Below are positions 20,034-32,328 of a stretch of 64,000 nt of DNA, one piece after another. Below the pieces are notes generated by a model. The model did not search any database. It saw only the letters and a program-made list of their open reading frames with translations, and had not been told where the DNA came from. The position numbers and the translations under genes were made by a program. The DNA lies in NCBI GenBank assembly GCA_037441705.1, contig JBBIRR010000012.1, forward strand, positions 1 through 64,000, written 5' to 3'. The stretch is from Ignavibacteriales bacterium (GTDB lineage Bacteria; Bacteroidota; Ignavibacteria; UBA10030; UBA6906). Numbering within the stretch: position 1 is the stretch's first letter; every line of letters begins with the position of its first letter.

Positions 20034-20333
20034 ATGAGGATAGTCCTTCTGCTACTCATGGGTGTCTTTCTTCTCTCGTGTGCCGAGCGGCAAGAAGCAA
20101 AGCACGAGCAGGAGATCGAGTCCCTCAAAGGCAAAACGATGCAGGACGTACTCCACGCCCTCGGCACTCCGCGCGTGGTGGACTCATCAGCCTCGGCCGC
20201 TGAGCGGATCTGGGGCTACTATCAGGTGATGGTGCGTTCGACCGCAACGGCAGCGCCGCGCCAGCGCACGGTGCTTATTGTTTTCACGAAACGTGACTCT
20301 TCGTTCATCGTCACGGAAGTTCGAATCCCATGA
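20034..20333 (+). CDS. Small lipoprotein (BamE/SmpA-like fold possible)
   Basis: MRIVLLLLMGVFLLSC lipobox; GKT..DV...LGTP motif; GGAGG SD. Confidence 0.6.
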   Translation: MRIVLLLLMGVFLLSCAERQEAKHEQEIESLKGKTMQDVLHALGTPRVVDSSASAAERIWGYYQVMVRSTATAAPRQRTVLIVFTKRDSSFIVTEVRIP

Positions 20334-20451
20334 ACGCCAGTCTCTGAAAGCGTGAGCTTCTTCACCGAGCGCATGCCCGGTCTTACATCCTTCCTTCAAA
20401 ATCCTTACCTTATGATGCAAAAGTTGATCTGTTCATTCTTGTGGGGAGAAG

Positions 20452-20847
20452 ATGCCCGAACGACTTCATCAACGACACTTCACACTTGAGGAAGCCCGTC
20501 GCGAACTTACCAGCGTTCATGCACTCGCCAGCAAACTTGTCGAACTCAAACGACAGCTCGATGCAAAAGGATGGGATGTGTACCGCCACCAATATTTCGG
20601 GGGAATGGGACCGAATGGGGATGGTACATTCCCGCAGGAGGTCGAGACGTTGGTTGAGATTGTTCGGGGACTTGAAGCTCGAGGCATTCTCGTGAAGGGT
20701 CTCGATCAGGGGCTGATCGATTTTCCCCATATCCGCTCGAACGGCGAAGAGGTCTATTTGTGTTGGATGGTCGGCGAAAACGACATCGCCTACTGGCATA
20801 GAATTGACGACGGGTATGCGGGACGACGAAGTATTGAAGAATTGTAA
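20452..20847 (+). CDS. DUF2203-family protein
   Basis: FTLEEA...G..VKGLDQGLIDFP...VYLCW..GE..I.YWH....GYAGRR. Confidence 0.85.
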   Translation: MPERLHQRHFTLEEARRELTSVHALASKLVELKRQLDAKGWDVYRHQYFGGMGPNGDGTFPQEVETLVEIVRGLEARGILVKGLDQGLIDFPHIRSNGEEVYLCWMVGENDIAYWHRIDDGYAGRRSIEEL

Positions 20848-20953
20848 TCTCTCCGCTTAAACCATACAAATGGACAGGTCGTCCAACTTGTGCTTTGGGA
20901 ACGAGCATGATTCGAAGGCGTGTCGTTACGATTGAATATTCGCTGAGGATTCT

Positions 20954-22210
20954 ATGAAAAAAAAATGGCTCTGGCTCGCTGTGGGCGCGGTTGTTGTTCT
21001 CGGCGGCGGGTTTCTGCTGCTGAACAACGGCAACAGCAACAAGATAACGTATCGGACGGCAAAGGTTGATCGCGGCGACATTGCAGTGCTGATCAGCGCG
21101 ACCGGAACCTTGCAGGCCGTCACGACGGTCGAAGTTGGCTCGCAGGTTTCCGGAACCATCGCAAAGCTGTATGCGGATTTCAACACGCGGGTCAAGGAGG
21201 GCCAACTGCTGGCACAGCTCGATCCCACGTTTCTGCAAGCAACGGTGAACGAGCAGCGCGCTAACGTGGATCGAGCAAGGCGCAGGTGAATGAAAGCGCA
21301 ACGCAACTTCAACCGGACGTCGGATCTCTTTGCGAAGTCGCTCGTCTCGCAAGCAGATATGGATGCCGCGACGACGGCGCTGGAGTCCGCCAAAGCGAAC
21401 CTCGCGCAGGCACAAGCGGCGCTCGATCGGGCGGTGGTGAACCTGCGCTATGCAACCATCCGGGCACCGATCAGTGGGGTGGTGATTTCGCGGGATGTGG
21501 ATGTCGGACAAACCGTAGCCGCGAGTTTGCAGGCGCCGAAGTTGTTTACCATCGCGCAGGACCTTCGCAAGATGCAGGTACAGGCAAGCGTGGATGAGGC
21601 GGACATCGGGAATGTGAAGGTGGGGCAATCCGTTTCGTTCCGCGTCGATGCCTATCCCGATCTGACCTTCAAAGGTACCGTGAGTCAAATCCGCCTTGCG
21701 CCCGTCATTACGCAAAACGTCGTTACCTACACCGTCATCATAGATGTCGACAACTCCGATTTGAAGCTCATGCCGGGGATGACGGCGACGGTGTCCATCG
21801 AGGTGGCGAGCGAAGAAGACGTGATGCGCGTTCCGATTCAGGCCATCCGCTTTACTCCGCCGCCTGATGTGCTGGAGGCGCTGGCGGCGGATACGACGGG
21901 CGGGGGAAGGCGGCGTGCATTTCAGCGAAGACCGGAAAACGGTGCAGCGGAAGGCGAGCAGCAGCGGATGATGCGTTCTCCGGAACAACGTGCGCGCATC
22001 TGGGTGTTGAAGGATGGGAAACCTGTCCCGAAATTCATTCGTCGCGGTCTCCAGAACGCCACACATGTTGAAGTCGTGCGGGGCGACGTGAACGAAGGCG
22101 ATGAGGTCATTGTTGGCGCGACCTCTGGAACGCAAACGCAGGTTGCTTCGGGACAGACGAACCCGTTCGCTCCGCGGTTCCCCGGCGGCGGTCGGCGCGG
22201 CGGTTTCTAA
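20954..22210 (+). CDS. MacA-like efflux periplasmic adaptor, split by an apparent double indel
   Basis: ORFs 20954-21289 and 21290-22210 share a frame (VGSQVSG..., IRAPISGVV). TGA 21287 arises from one missing A and one extra A; the repaired reading is DRAKAQVNEAQRN. Confidence 0.85.
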
Positions 22211-22232
22211 TCGTTCTCGAGCGGGCAAACGT

Positions 22233-23450
22233 ATGAGATTCTTAGAAACAATCCGAATCGCAATCGATTCGCTTCTCCGGCACAAGATGCGAGCGCTGCT
22301 CACCATGCTCGGCATCATCATAGGAGTTGGAGCAGTGATAGCCATGGTTGCGGTCGGACAAGGGGCACAGTCGGCAGTGGAGGCACAGATCGCAAGTCTC
22401 GGCTCCAATGTTCTCATCGTCTTTCCGGGCGCAACGTCGGCCGGAGGCGTGAGCTTTGGCGCCGGCACCGCGCAGACCCTGACGCTTGCGGACGTTGAAG
22501 CAATCCGAACACAATGCCCTGCCGTTGCTGCGGTCTCGCCGATGAATCGTGTCACGCGCCAGGTTGTCGCGGGCAATCTCAACTGGAGTACATCCATTCA
22601 GGGCGCGAACACGGACTTCTTCCGGATTCGTGATTGGCGCGTTGAGGTGGGGGAACCGTTCACGGAGCAGGATGTACGCGCCGCAACGAAAGTATGCGTC
22701 ATCGGCAAGACCGTTGCCGACCGACTCTTTCCCGACGGCGATCCCGTGGGCGCAACGATTCGCATTCAAAAACTTCCGTTCAAAGTGCTGGGCGTGCTTG
22801 CGCCGAAAGGACAGAACGCAATGGGAATGGATCAGGACGATCTCATCATCGCTCCATTCCCCACCGTTCAACGAAAGCTGCAGGGCGTGGACTTTGTCAG
22901 CACGATTCAGATGTCCGCCGTAACGAAGATGCAGATTCCCGAAGCGCAAGAACAGGTCACCGAACTGCTGCGCATTCGCCATCGTCTTGCCGAGTGGCAG
23001 GACAATGATTTCACGATCCGCAACCAGTCGGATATTGCGGCTGCAGCCACCGCAACGTCGAGCTTCATGACGATCCTTCTGGGCAGTATTGCGTTCCTCT
23101 CGCTCGTGGTAGGCGGGATCGGTATCATGAACATTATGCTTGTCTCCGTTCAGGAGCGGACGCGGGAAATCGGCATCCGCATGTCGGTCGGAGCGCGACG
23201 CAACGACATCCTCCAGCAGTTTCTGATCGAAGCCCTCATGCTCAGCGTCATCGGCGGGTTGATCGGCATCGGCATCGGGGTTGCCAGCTCCGGCATCATC
23301 TCGAAGTTTGCAGGCTGGCCTGTGTTTGTTTCGCCCGGCGCTGTCGGCCTGGCGTTTTTCTTTTCAGGAATGGTTGGAGTGTTCTTCGGATTTTACCCGG
23401 CGAAGAAAGCAGCGGCACTCAGTCCGATTGACGCGCTGAGATACGAGTGA
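22233..23450 (+). CDS. MacB/FtsX-type ABC transporter permease
   Basis: [48 protein letters not shown]. Confidence 0.92.
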   Translation: MRFLETIRIAIDSLLRHKMRALLTMLGIIIGVGAVIAMVAVGQGAQSAVEAQIASLGSNVLIVFPGATSAGGVSFGAGTAQTLTLADVEAIRTQCPAVAAVSPMNRVTRQVVAGNLNWSTSIQGANTDFFRIRDWRVEVGEPFTEQDVRAATKVCVIGKTVADRLFPDGDPVGATIRIQKLPFKVLGVLAPKGQNAMGMDQDDLIIAPFPTVQRKLQGVDFVSTIQMSAVTKMQIPEAQEQVTELLRIRHRLAEWQDNDFTIRNQSDIAAAATATSSFMTILLGSIAFLSLVVGGIGIMNIMLVSVQERTREIGIRMSVGARRNDILQQFLIEALMLSVIGGLIGIGIGVASSGIISKFAGWPVFVSPGAVGLAFFFSGMVGVFFGFYPAKKAAALSPIDALRYE

Positions 23451-23463
23451 AAGGCCTTCAACG

Positions 23464-25500
23464 ATGAGCATCTTCACCCTCAGATCGGATTTCAAACCCA
23501 GCGGCGATCAGCCCGAAGCCATCCGGCAACTGACCGAGGGCGTGCTGCGCGGGGACAAGTATCAGACGCTGCTGGGCGTGACGGGCAGCGGCAAGACCTT
23601 CACGATCTCCAACGTGATTGCCAACGTCAACAAGCCCGTGTTGGTCATGTCGCACAACAAAACCCTGGCTGCGCAGCTCTACGGTGAGTTCAAGAGTTTC
23701 TTTCCGCATGACAGAGTCGAGTTCTTCATCAGCTATTACGACTACTATCAGCCTGAGGCGTACGTTCCCAGCTCGGACACCTACATCGCGAAGGATGCAT
23801 CCATCAACGACGAGATTGACCGCCTGCGGCTGCGCGCAACAAGTGCCCTGCTGAGCGGCGACCGAAACGTCATCGTGGTTGCCTCCGTCAGCTGCATTTA
23901 CGGCATCGGTGCACCGGATGAATGGGCGAGCCAGATTGTTGTGATCCGGAAAGGCGAGAGGATGGAGCGGAACGAGTTTCTGCGCAAGCTGCTCAACATC
24001 TTTTATGTCCGCAACGACTTCGAGTTTGCCCGCGGGACGATGCGCGTCCGTGGCGACGTGGTCGAGGTAATCCCCGCCTATGAGAACGAAGAGGCCATCC
24101 GCGTCGAATTCTTCGGCGATGTCATCGAGCGGATCTCCTACATCAACAAGACGGACGGTCATGTGCTTGCCGAGACGGATTACGAAGTGATCTATCCGGC
24201 AAAACAATTTGTGACCTCGAGGGAAACGCTGGAGCGGGCATTTCGCGGCATCGAGGAGGAATTGGAGGAGCGACTTGCCGAGCTGCGTGCTGCCGGCAAG
24301 CTTGTGGAAGCCCAGCGGCTCGAACAACGTACGCGATTCGATCTGGAAATGATGCGCGAAGTGGGCTACTGCTCGGGCATCGAAAACTACTCCAGGCACA
24401 TCGCAGGCAGGCCGCCGGGCTCGCGACCGGCATGTCTGTTCGACTACTTTCCGGATGATTATCTGTTGGTCATCGATGAATCTCACGTCACCGTACCGCA
24501 GATCGCCGGAATGTATCACGGTGATCGCTCGCGTAAGCAGACACTGGTCGACTACGGCTTCCGTCTCCCCTCGGCGCTGGACAATCGGCCTCTCACGTTC
24601 GAAGAGTGGGAACAGATGGTGCATCAGGTCATCTTCGTGAGCGCGACGCCCGGGGACTACGAGCTGCAGAAGTGCAAAGGCGTCGTCGTCGAGCAGCTTA
24701 TCCGTCCGACAGGACTCGTTGACCCCGAAGTCGAGGTGCGCCCGGTGAAGAATCAGATTGATGATTTGATTGCGGAGATACGCAGGCGCGCCGAACGCAA
24801 GGAGCGTGTCCTCGTTACCACCCTCACCAAACGTATGGCTGAGGATCTGACCGATTATTTGATGGAGATCGGCATCAAGGTTCGCTACATTCATTCCGAA
24901 GTTGACGCCCTCGAGCGGGTAGAAATTCTGCGCGATTTGCGATTGGGAGACTTCGACGTCTTGGTCGGGGTGAACTTACTGCGCGAGGGTTTAGATTTGC
25001 CCGAAGTATCGCTCGTGGCAATCCTTGACGCGGACAAGGAGGGGTTTCTTCGGTCAGAGAAGTCGCTCATCCAGACCGCGGGCCGCACGGCGCGCAACGT
25101 GAACGGGCGTGTCATCCTCTACGCCGATACGATCACCGGTTCCATGCAGCGGATGCTTGACGAGACGCGTCGTCGCCGTGAGAAGCAGTTGCTCTACAAT
25201 CGCGAGCACGGCATCACGGCCAGAACGGTGTACAAGACCGTCAACGAAGTGCTCGCGGCTACCGCCGTTGCGGATGTCAAGGCGGAACGCGATGCACGCC
25301 GCGAGCGGCAGAAAATGCCCGTCGTTGCCGAAAGTGTCGTTCGCTATCTGACGGCGGAGCAGCGGCGAGATCTCATCGCTGAATTGCGCGCGGAGATGAC
25401 GAAAGCAGCAAAGGATCTCGAATTCGAGAGAGCGGCACAACTGCGGGATGAAATTGCGAAGCTCGAAGCCATGCCCGCAAAGAAAGCGAAGCGAAGTTGA
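23464..25500 (+). CDS. uvrB: Excinuclease ABC subunit B
   Basis: [40 protein letters not shown]-terminal UVR domain. Confidence 0.97.
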   Translation: MSIFTLRSDFKPSGDQPEAIRQLTEGVLRGDKYQTLLGVTGSGKTFTISNVIANVNKPVLVMSHNKTLAAQLYGEFKSFFPHDRVEFFISYYDYYQPEAYVPSSDTYIAKDASINDEIDRLRLRATSALLSGDRNVIVVASVSCIYGIGAPDEWASQIVVIRKGERMERNEFLRKLLNIFYVRNDFEFARGTMRVRGDVVEVIPAYENEEAIRVEFFGDVIERISYINKTDGHVLAETDYEVIYPAKQFVTSRETLERAFRGIEEELEERLAELRAAGKLVEAQRLEQRTRFDLEMMREVGYCSGIENYSRHIAGRPPGSRPACLFDYFPDDYLLVIDESHVTVPQIAGMYHGDRSRKQTLVDYGFRLPSALDNRPLTFEEWEQMVHQVIFVSATPGDYELQKCKGVVVEQLIRPTGLVDPEVEVRPVKNQIDDLIAEIRRRAERKERVLVTTLTKRMAEDLTDYLMEIGIKVRYIHSEVDALERVEILRDLRLGDFDVLVGVNLLREGLDLPEVSLVAILDADKEGFLRSEKSLIQTAGRTARNVNGRVILYADTITGSMQRMLDETRRRREKQLLYNREHGITARTVYKTVNEVLAATAVADVKAERDARRERQKMPVVAESVVRYLTAEQRRDLIAELRAEMTKAAKDLEFERAAQLRDEIAKLEAMPAKKAKRS

Positions 25501-25557
25501 AGCGTTGCTCCTCGCGAGGATTCCATTCTCAACCACGTTCTCTCATAGGCCGACGCA

Positions 25558-26289
25558 ATGTCACGACCGGGCCTTCGTTTCGTTCATTCTCTCCTCCAGC
25601 CTCTGTTCGAGTTTGTATATCCGCCCGTCTGTCTTGCATGCGAGCGCTTTCTTCCCCACTCGTCATCGAGTGTGTGTGGGGAATGTTGGATGACGGTTAG
25701 GCGCGTCCAGCGCACCGATACACTGTACCACGACATGCGCGATCGTCTTCGTGCGCGAGAGCTCACGGATCTTGCTTCGCCTTTTTACTTCGAGAAAGAC
25801 GGAACGCTGCAAATCCTCATCCATCAACTGAAATATGATGAGATAACGATCGCCGGCGTGGAACTCGGCCGGCAGGTCGCCGTCGCGATGGCGACGTTGT
25901 TCGGGGAGATTCCGGATGCCACGCTTGTTCCTGTTCCGCTTCATGCCGCTAAAGAACGGGAACGGGGATACAACCAGAGCGTGTACATTGCTCGCGGCAT
26001 ACAGAGCCTCACCGGCTTGCCCGTTTCCGCTCGTCTTCTGCGGCGCAGGAGGAACACGCCCTCGCAGACGCACCTGAATCGCGAAGAGCGATTGGCGAAT
26101 GTGCAGGATGCCTTCGAGCTTGCGCGTGATGCCCGGGTCGAGGGTGCATCGTTCATCCTCGTTGACGACGTGATCACGACAGGGGCAACGATTCAGGAAT
26201 GCGCTCGCGTCTTGAAGGAACACGGCGCGCAACGTGTGTACGCCGCGTCTATTGCGCTTGCAGCGTATGCGGGCGATGTGGACCGCTGA
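25558..26289 (+). CDS. ComF-family phosphoribosyltransferase-domain protein
   Basis: N-terminal CxxC...CxxC, VPVPLH...ERGYNQS, LVDDVITTGAT. Confidence 0.9.
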   Translation: MSRPGLRFVHSLLQPLFEFVYPPVCLACERFLPHSSSSVCGECWMTVRRVQRTDTLYHDMRDRLRARELTDLASPFYFEKDGTLQILIHQLKYDEITIAGVELGRQVAVAMATLFGEIPDATLVPVPLHAAKERERGYNQSVYIARGIQSLTGLPVSARLLRRRRNTPSQTHLNREERLANVQDAFELARDARVEGASFILVDDVITTGATIQECARVLKEHGAQRVYAASIALAAYAGDVDR

Positions 26290-26443
26290 ACCCTGCACCG
26301 CTTCGTCTGATCGTCACATTTTCTCTCTCTTCCATCTGTTTGCAATTCAAAGCAATTCTTGGTAGATTGACGAGGGTTTTTCATAGCATGTTGCGTCTTT
26401 TTCGCTCTCTTCTACGATACTTGTTCAGTTTCCTCGGAGGTAG

Positions 26444-27439
<996 letters not shown>

Positions 27440-27492
27440 CCACGTTCGCACACCATCATTCGTACTCCCGCTGCGCTCAGCAGGCGGGAGCT

Positions 27493-27519
27493 GCCCGCGC
27501 CGCAGCGGGCTTTTCTTTC
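27493..27519 (+). terminator. Terminator/attenuator hairpin between gap and pgk
   Basis: GCCCGC-gccgca-GCGGGC followed by TTTTCTTT. Confidence 0.6.
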
Positions 27520-27538
27520 GATGCCCGGAGATCCGTTC

Positions 27539-28735
27539 ATGCAAATCAAGACTATTGACGACATAGAACTCAAAGGGAAGAAAGTCCTCGTCCGCGTCGA
27601 CTTCAACGTTCCGATGACGGATGACTTGAAAATCGCCGACGACAAACGCATCGTCGAATCTCTGCCCACGATCAGGAAGATTTTAGACGCCGGAGGGATA
27701 CCGATCTTGATGAGTCACTTAGGGCGACCGAAGGGCGGGCCAAGCCCGGAGTTTTCGTTGAGGCCTGTAGCCCAGCACCTCGGCACGCTCCTGAGCACGA
27801 ATGTGGTGTTTGCCAACGACTGCGTGGGTGAAGAGGCCAGAGTTGCGGTTGCCGCCTTGAGGCCCGGCGACGTGCTGCTGCTGGAGAACCTCCGTTTTCA
27901 TCCCGAAGAAGAAAAGAACGACCCCGGCTTTGCGAAGGAGCTTGCATCGTTGGGCGATGTGTACGTGAATGACGCCTTCGGTACCGCTCACCGTGCGCAC
28001 GCTTCCACGGAAGGCGTGACGAAATTCATCCGACCGTGTGTCGCAGGCTATTTGATGAAAAAGGAGATCGAGTATCTTACTCAGGCCGTGGGCAATCCGA
28101 AGCGGCCCTATGTCGCTATCCTGGGCGGGGCGAAAATCTCCGGCAAGATTGACGTCATCCAGAATCTTCTTCCCAAAGTTGACGTACTCGTCATTGGTGG
28201 CGGAATGGCATTTACGTTCTTCCGCGCACAGGAGATGGAGGTGGGCGACTCGCTTGTCGAGGTGGAGAAGATCCCGCTCGCGAAGAAGCTGCTTGATGAG
28301 ATCAAGGACTCGAACCGTCGCGTGATTCTGCCCGTTGATTGCGTCATCGCGGACAGGTTCGACAACGATGCCCAGCGGAGGACGGTTCCGGTCAGCAAGA
28401 TTCCAGCAGGCTGGCGAGGATTGGACATCGGTCCCGAGACAATCCAGCTCATCGGCCTCGCCATCAAGGGCGCGAAGACGATTGTATGGAACGGCCCGAT
28501 GGGAGTGTTTGAAATGAGCAACTTTGCCAACGGCACGCTGGAGGTAGCAAAGCTGCTTGCAGAAGCGACGCGTAACGGAGCGACGACGATTGTTGGCGGG
28601 GGCGATTCGGCAGCGGCTGTCGCCCAGATGGGATACGAGGCAGCTATCTCTCATGTCTCGACCGGCGGCGGCGCTTCGCTGGAGTTTCTGGAAGGAAAGC
28701 AATTGCCCGGAATTCTTGCTCTCGATCGAAAGTAA
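27539..28735 (+). CDS. pgk: Phosphoglycerate kinase
   Basis: [46 protein letters not shown]. Confidence 0.97.
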   Translation: MQIKTIDDIELKGKKVLVRVDFNVPMTDDLKIADDKRIVESLPTIRKILDAGGIPILMSHLGRPKGGPSPEFSLRPVAQHLGTLLSTNVVFANDCVGEEARVAVAALRPGDVLLLENLRFHPEEEKNDPGFAKELASLGDVYVNDAFGTAHRAHASTEGVTKFIRPCVAGYLMKKEIEYLTQAVGNPKRPYVAILGGAKISGKIDVIQNLLPKVDVLVIGGGMAFTFFRAQEMEVGDSLVEVEKIPLAKKLLDEIKDSNRRVILPVDCVIADRFDNDAQRRTVPVSKIPAGWRGLDIGPETIQLIGLAIKGAKTIVWNGPMGVFEMSNFANGTLEVAKLLAEATRNGATTIVGGGDSAAAVAQMGYEAAISHVSTGGGASLEFLEGKQLPGILALDRK

Positions 28736-28798
28736 TCTGAACTAACGGACGCAAATCGTTGTTGCATCAATCAGCACAACGATGCCCGGCGTGAATCT

Positions 28799-29710
28799 AT
28801 GTCATTCTATCGTTCAACATACGGCGGCGGTGGTCGGTATTATCGTCCGAGTTTCTTCGGCGGGTTTTCGTTTTTTCCGCCCGTCATCAAAACGCTCCTC
28901 ATCAGTAATACCATCATCTGGCTGCTGACGGATTTCTTTCCGTTCAGCATCAACAACGTGCCGGTCAACAGCGTGATCATGAAGTTCTTTGCCCTCTGGC
29001 CGTGGGGAGCGAACTTCTGGCCGTGGCAGTTGCTGACGTACATGTTTCTGCACGGAGGGTTCGGCCATCTGTTTTTCAACATGCTCGCGCTCTGGATGTT
29101 CGGCATGGAATTGGAAAATTTGTGGGGGTCGAAGCGCTTCCTCACCTATTACCTTCTCTGCGGATTGGGGGCAGGAGTGACCAACCTGATTGTTCCGGTC
29201 ATGTTGGGAGAGGGCGCCCCGACCGTAGGCGCTTCGGGCGCGGTCTTCGGCGTGCTGGTGGCCTTCGGCATGCTGTTTCCCGATCGTCCCATCTATATCT
29301 ACTTCCTTCTTCCGATCAGAGCGAAATACTTCGTCACCGCATACATCCTTTTGGAGTTGTTCTACGGTGTGTATGGGATGCAATCGGGTGTTGCGCACTT
29401 TGCCCACCTCGGCGGCGCAGCCGTTGGTTTCGTCCTGACGATCATGACGATGCGAGGATATTCGATCGCCGATCTCTGGAACGTGATGAAGGGCGAGTTC
29501 CCGCATCGACGCGCAAAAAAACTCTCGCACGATGAAGTCCTTGATGCGCGATTTTATGATATCACATCCGGCAAGCCGCTGGACAGCGACAACGACGTGG
29601 ATCAGGAAGTTATCGATGCGATTCTCGATAAAATCAACAGAAGCGGGTATCAGAGTCTGACGGATGAAGAGAAGAAGATTCTGAACGACGCCAGCAGAAA
29701 GATTCATTGA
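28799..29710 (+). CDS. Rhomboid intramembrane serine protease with C-terminal helical domain
   Basis: HLFFNM, VGASGA, AHFAHLGG; tail IDAILDKINRSGYQSLT. Confidence 0.92.
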   Translation: MSFYRSTYGGGGRYYRPSFFGGFSFFPPVIKTLLISNTIIWLLTDFFPFSINNVPVNSVIMKFFALWPWGANFWPWQLLTYMFLHGGFGHLFFNMLALWMFGMELENLWGSKRFLTYYLLCGLGAGVTNLIVPVMLGEGAPTVGASGAVFGVLVAFGMLFPDRPIYIYFLLPIRAKYFVTAYILLELFYGVYGMQSGVAHFAHLGGAAVGFVLTIMTMRGYSIADLWNVMKGEFPHRRAKKLSHDEVLDARFYDITSGKPLDSDNDVDQEVIDAILDKINRSGYQSLTDEEKKILNDASRKIH

Positions 29711-29718
29711 GGAGAAGT

Positions 29719-30852
29719 ATGGAGATTCCCGTATTGAACATGACCGATCAGCCGCCGGTTGTGCCGCATCCGACCTATCGTGTGGGCGTTCGGCGGCATA
29801 CACGCCAGGTGTCCATCGGCGGCGTCAAGGTGGGCGGCGGCGCGCCGATTTCTGTTCAAACCATGACGAAAACAAAGACCGCCGACATCGCCGGAACCCT
29901 GAAGCAAATCCGCGATGCTGCCGATGCGGGATGCGACATCGTCCGCGTAACGGTCAACGATAAGGAAGCTGCTGAAGCCATCAAGGAGATCGTGCGGCAG
30001 TCGCCCATTCCCGTCGTTGCCGACATTCACTTCAATCACATCTTCGCGCTCAAGGCAATCGAAGCGGGCGTTGCAAAGGTGCGGATCAACCCGGGCAACA
30101 TCGGCAGCAAGAGCCGCATTTATGAAGTGCTGACGGCCGCGAAGGACAAGGGTATTCCGATTCGCATCGGTGTGAACTCGGGTTCGCTGGAAGAAGACAT
30201 CCTGGAGAAGTACGGCTACCCGACGGCCGAAGCATTGTACGAGAGTGCGATGCGGCACGTTGGCATTTGCGATGAGTTCGGCTTCAAGGATGTGATCATC
30301 TCCGTCAAATCCACCGATGTACGTTTGATGATTGAAGCTTATCGGCTTGTTGCCGAGAGAACGGACATCCCGCTTCACCTCGGCGTGACGGAAGCCGGGA
30401 CTACACGCGTCGGCACCATCAAGTCTGCGGTCGGCATCGGCACGCTGCTGGCGGAGGGCATCGGCGATACCATTCGCGTTTCCTTGACGGACGAGCCGGT
30501 GAAGGAAGTAGAGGTGGGAAAGGAAATCCTCCGTTCGCTCGGCCTTGCGTCGCGCAACGTGGAGCTGATTGCCTGTCCCACATGCGGGCGATTGGAAGTT
30601 GATCTGTTCGGGATTATGGCCGAGTTGGAAAGACGACTCGAGGGCGTGAAGAAACCCGTCAAGGTTGCCGTCCTCGGATGTGTGGTGAACGGGCCGGGCG
30701 AAGCCAGCGAAGCCGACATCGGCATTGCGGCGGGGAAGGGTGTCGGCATTCTCTACCGCAAAGGGGAGGTTGTACGCAAAGTGAAGGAATCCGAAATCGT
30801 TGATGTGATAGTGGAAGAGGTGAAGAATTTCCAGCCGGAAGAGAACGCATAG
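29719..30852 (+). CDS. ispG: HMBPP synthase (MEP pathway)
   Basis: VADIHF, RINPGN, RIGVNSGS, HLGVTEAG, CPTCGR...GCVVNGPGE. Confidence 0.96.
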   Translation: MEIPVLNMTDQPPVVPHPTYRVGVRRHTRQVSIGGVKVGGGAPISVQTMTKTKTADIAGTLKQIRDAADAGCDIVRVTVNDKEAAEAIKEIVRQSPIPVVADIHFNHIFALKAIEAGVAKVRINPGNIGSKSRIYEVLTAAKDKGIPIRIGVNSGSLEEDILEKYGYPTAEALYESAMRHVGICDEFGFKDVIISVKSTDVRLMIEAYRLVAERTDIPLHLGVTEAGTTRVGTIKSAVGIGTLLAEGIGDTIRVSLTDEPVKEVEVGKEILRSLGLASRNVELIACPTCGRLEVDLFGIMAELERRLEGVKKPVKVAVLGCVVNGPGEASEADIGIAAGKGVGILYRKGEVVRKVKESEIVDVIVEEVKNFQPEENA

Positions 30853-30912
30853 GCTGATGCATTGTGAACACGGCGAAGGGTGCGATCAATTGTTTGTAGC
30901 GCGCTCGCGGAG

Positions 30913-30943
30913 AGACCCGCTCGGTAGCGGGTCTTTCGTTTTC
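30913..30943 (+). terminator. Rho-independent terminator after ispG
   Basis: AGACCCGCT-cggt-AGCGGGTCT then TTCGTTTT. Confidence 0.75.
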
Positions 30944-30984
30944 AGGCTGGGGAACGACCTCGCCTCTCTCTCATTGAGTGCTTG

Positions 30985-32319
30985 ATGATGACCGCTCCAA
31001 CAATCAGTGTCGGTATTCTTACTCGACAAGAGATTCGCTTCACGCTGCTCGGTACGTTTTACGCGCGGGACGCCGCCGGTTCATTTGTCGGCGAATTCCT
31101 CGCGCGCTCGGACGGGGAGGGTGTTCGGATCGTGCAGAACGGCCGGGAAATCTCTACTGCCGCCGAATTCGTTCTGATGCCGGAAAACGCCGGGTGTTCG
31201 TTCATCCTGCATCACGTGACGATCGGTCATCAATTCCACTGGCAGAGAAATGAAGATCAGCAGTTTCCGGGCGCGTTGAAGCTCATCCGCTCGGGCGAGC
31301 TTGTCACGGCCATCAACCTTGTGGATGTCGAATCGTATCTCACAAGCGTCATCTCTTCGGAGATGAGCGCCGAGAGTTCGACGAGCTTTCTGCGCGCGCA
31401 CACCATTATCTCTCGAAGCTGGCTCCTTGCCCAGCTCGAGAAATCATGTGCAGCGCGGAAGCCGAACCGGTATGCATTCCGGGAGAGTGACAATGAGCGT
31501 ATCATCTGGTACGATCGTGAAGAGCACGATCAGTTCGATGTCTGCGCCGACGACCACTGTCAGCGGTATCACGGGATCACGAAGGTGCATACCCCTTCGG
31601 TGCACGAGGCGGTGAAGTCCACACGCGGCCTGGTGTTGACATCTGATGGCAGCGTCTGCGATACCCGGTTTTCCAAGTGCTGCGGCGGAGTGACCGAGCG
31701 CTTCGAAAATGTGTGGGAGCCTGTTCCGCATTCGTATCTTGTCCCCATCGTTGATGCAGCCCGCCCTCCCGAGGAATTTGTCGGGACGCTGGAGGATGAT
31801 GCCCGCGCCGGGCAGTGGATTCGCCGGCGGCCGCCGGTGTTCTGCAACACTAACGATCAGGACCTGATTGCGCATGTTCTTCCCACCTTCGATCGTGAGA
31901 CGAAGGATTTTTTCCGATGGCGTGTCGAATACACTCAGCAAGAACTTTCCGATCTCGTAAACCGCAAGAGCGGCATGGACTTCGGAGGAATACTCGATCT
32001 GAAGCCGCGCCGGCGCGGTGCCTCAGGGCGGATTGTGGAGTTGACCATCGTTGGCAGGCGCAGGACGTGCACTATCGGGAAAGAGTTGGAGATTCGCCGG
32101 ACGCTTTCTCCGTCGCACCTCTTCAGCTCGGCATTTGTTGTCGAGAAGCAGGAGGTGAGCAACGGCCTCCCGTCGCGTTTCGTTCTTCGCGGAGCGGGAT
32201 GGGGTCACGGCGTTGGGTTGTGTCAGATCGGCGCGGCAGTAATGGGTGAACGCGGCTACGATCACGGGAAAATTCTCTCGCATTATTTCCCCCACACACA
32301 ATTGACAGCCCTGTACTGA
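30985..32319 (+). CDS. SpoIID/LytB-domain protein (lytic transglycosylase family)
   Basis: ESYLTSVISSEM, DVCADDHCQRYHG, FSKCCGG, GWGHGVGLCQIGA. Confidence 0.9.
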   Translation: MMTAPTISVGILTRQEIRFTLLGTFYARDAAGSFVGEFLARSDGEGVRIVQNGREISTAAEFVLMPENAGCSFILHHVTIGHQFHWQRNEDQQFPGALKLIRSGELVTAINLVDVESYLTSVISSEMSAESSTSFLRAHTIISRSWLLAQLEKSCAARKPNRYAFRESDNERIIWYDREEHDQFDVCADDHCQRYHGITKVHTPSVHEAVKSTRGLVLTSDGSVCDTRFSKCCGGVTERFENVWEPVPHSYLVPIVDAARPPEEFVGTLEDDARAGQWIRRRPPVFCNTNDQDLIAHVLPTFDRETKDFFRWRVEYTQQELSDLVNRKSGMDFGGILDLKPRRRGASGRIVELTIVGRRRTCTIGKELEIRRTLSPSHLFSSAFVVEKQEVSNGLPSRFVLRGAGWGHGVGLCQIGAAVMGERGYDHGKILSHYFPHTQLTALY

Positions 32320-32328
32320 GTCGAACGG

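Noticed and set aside
21287-21289. In-frame TGA in the MacA-like gene as selenocysteine or programmed readthrough
   Set aside because: Not a Cys position, and two compensating single-A indels explain it with a better reading (AKAQVNEAQ).
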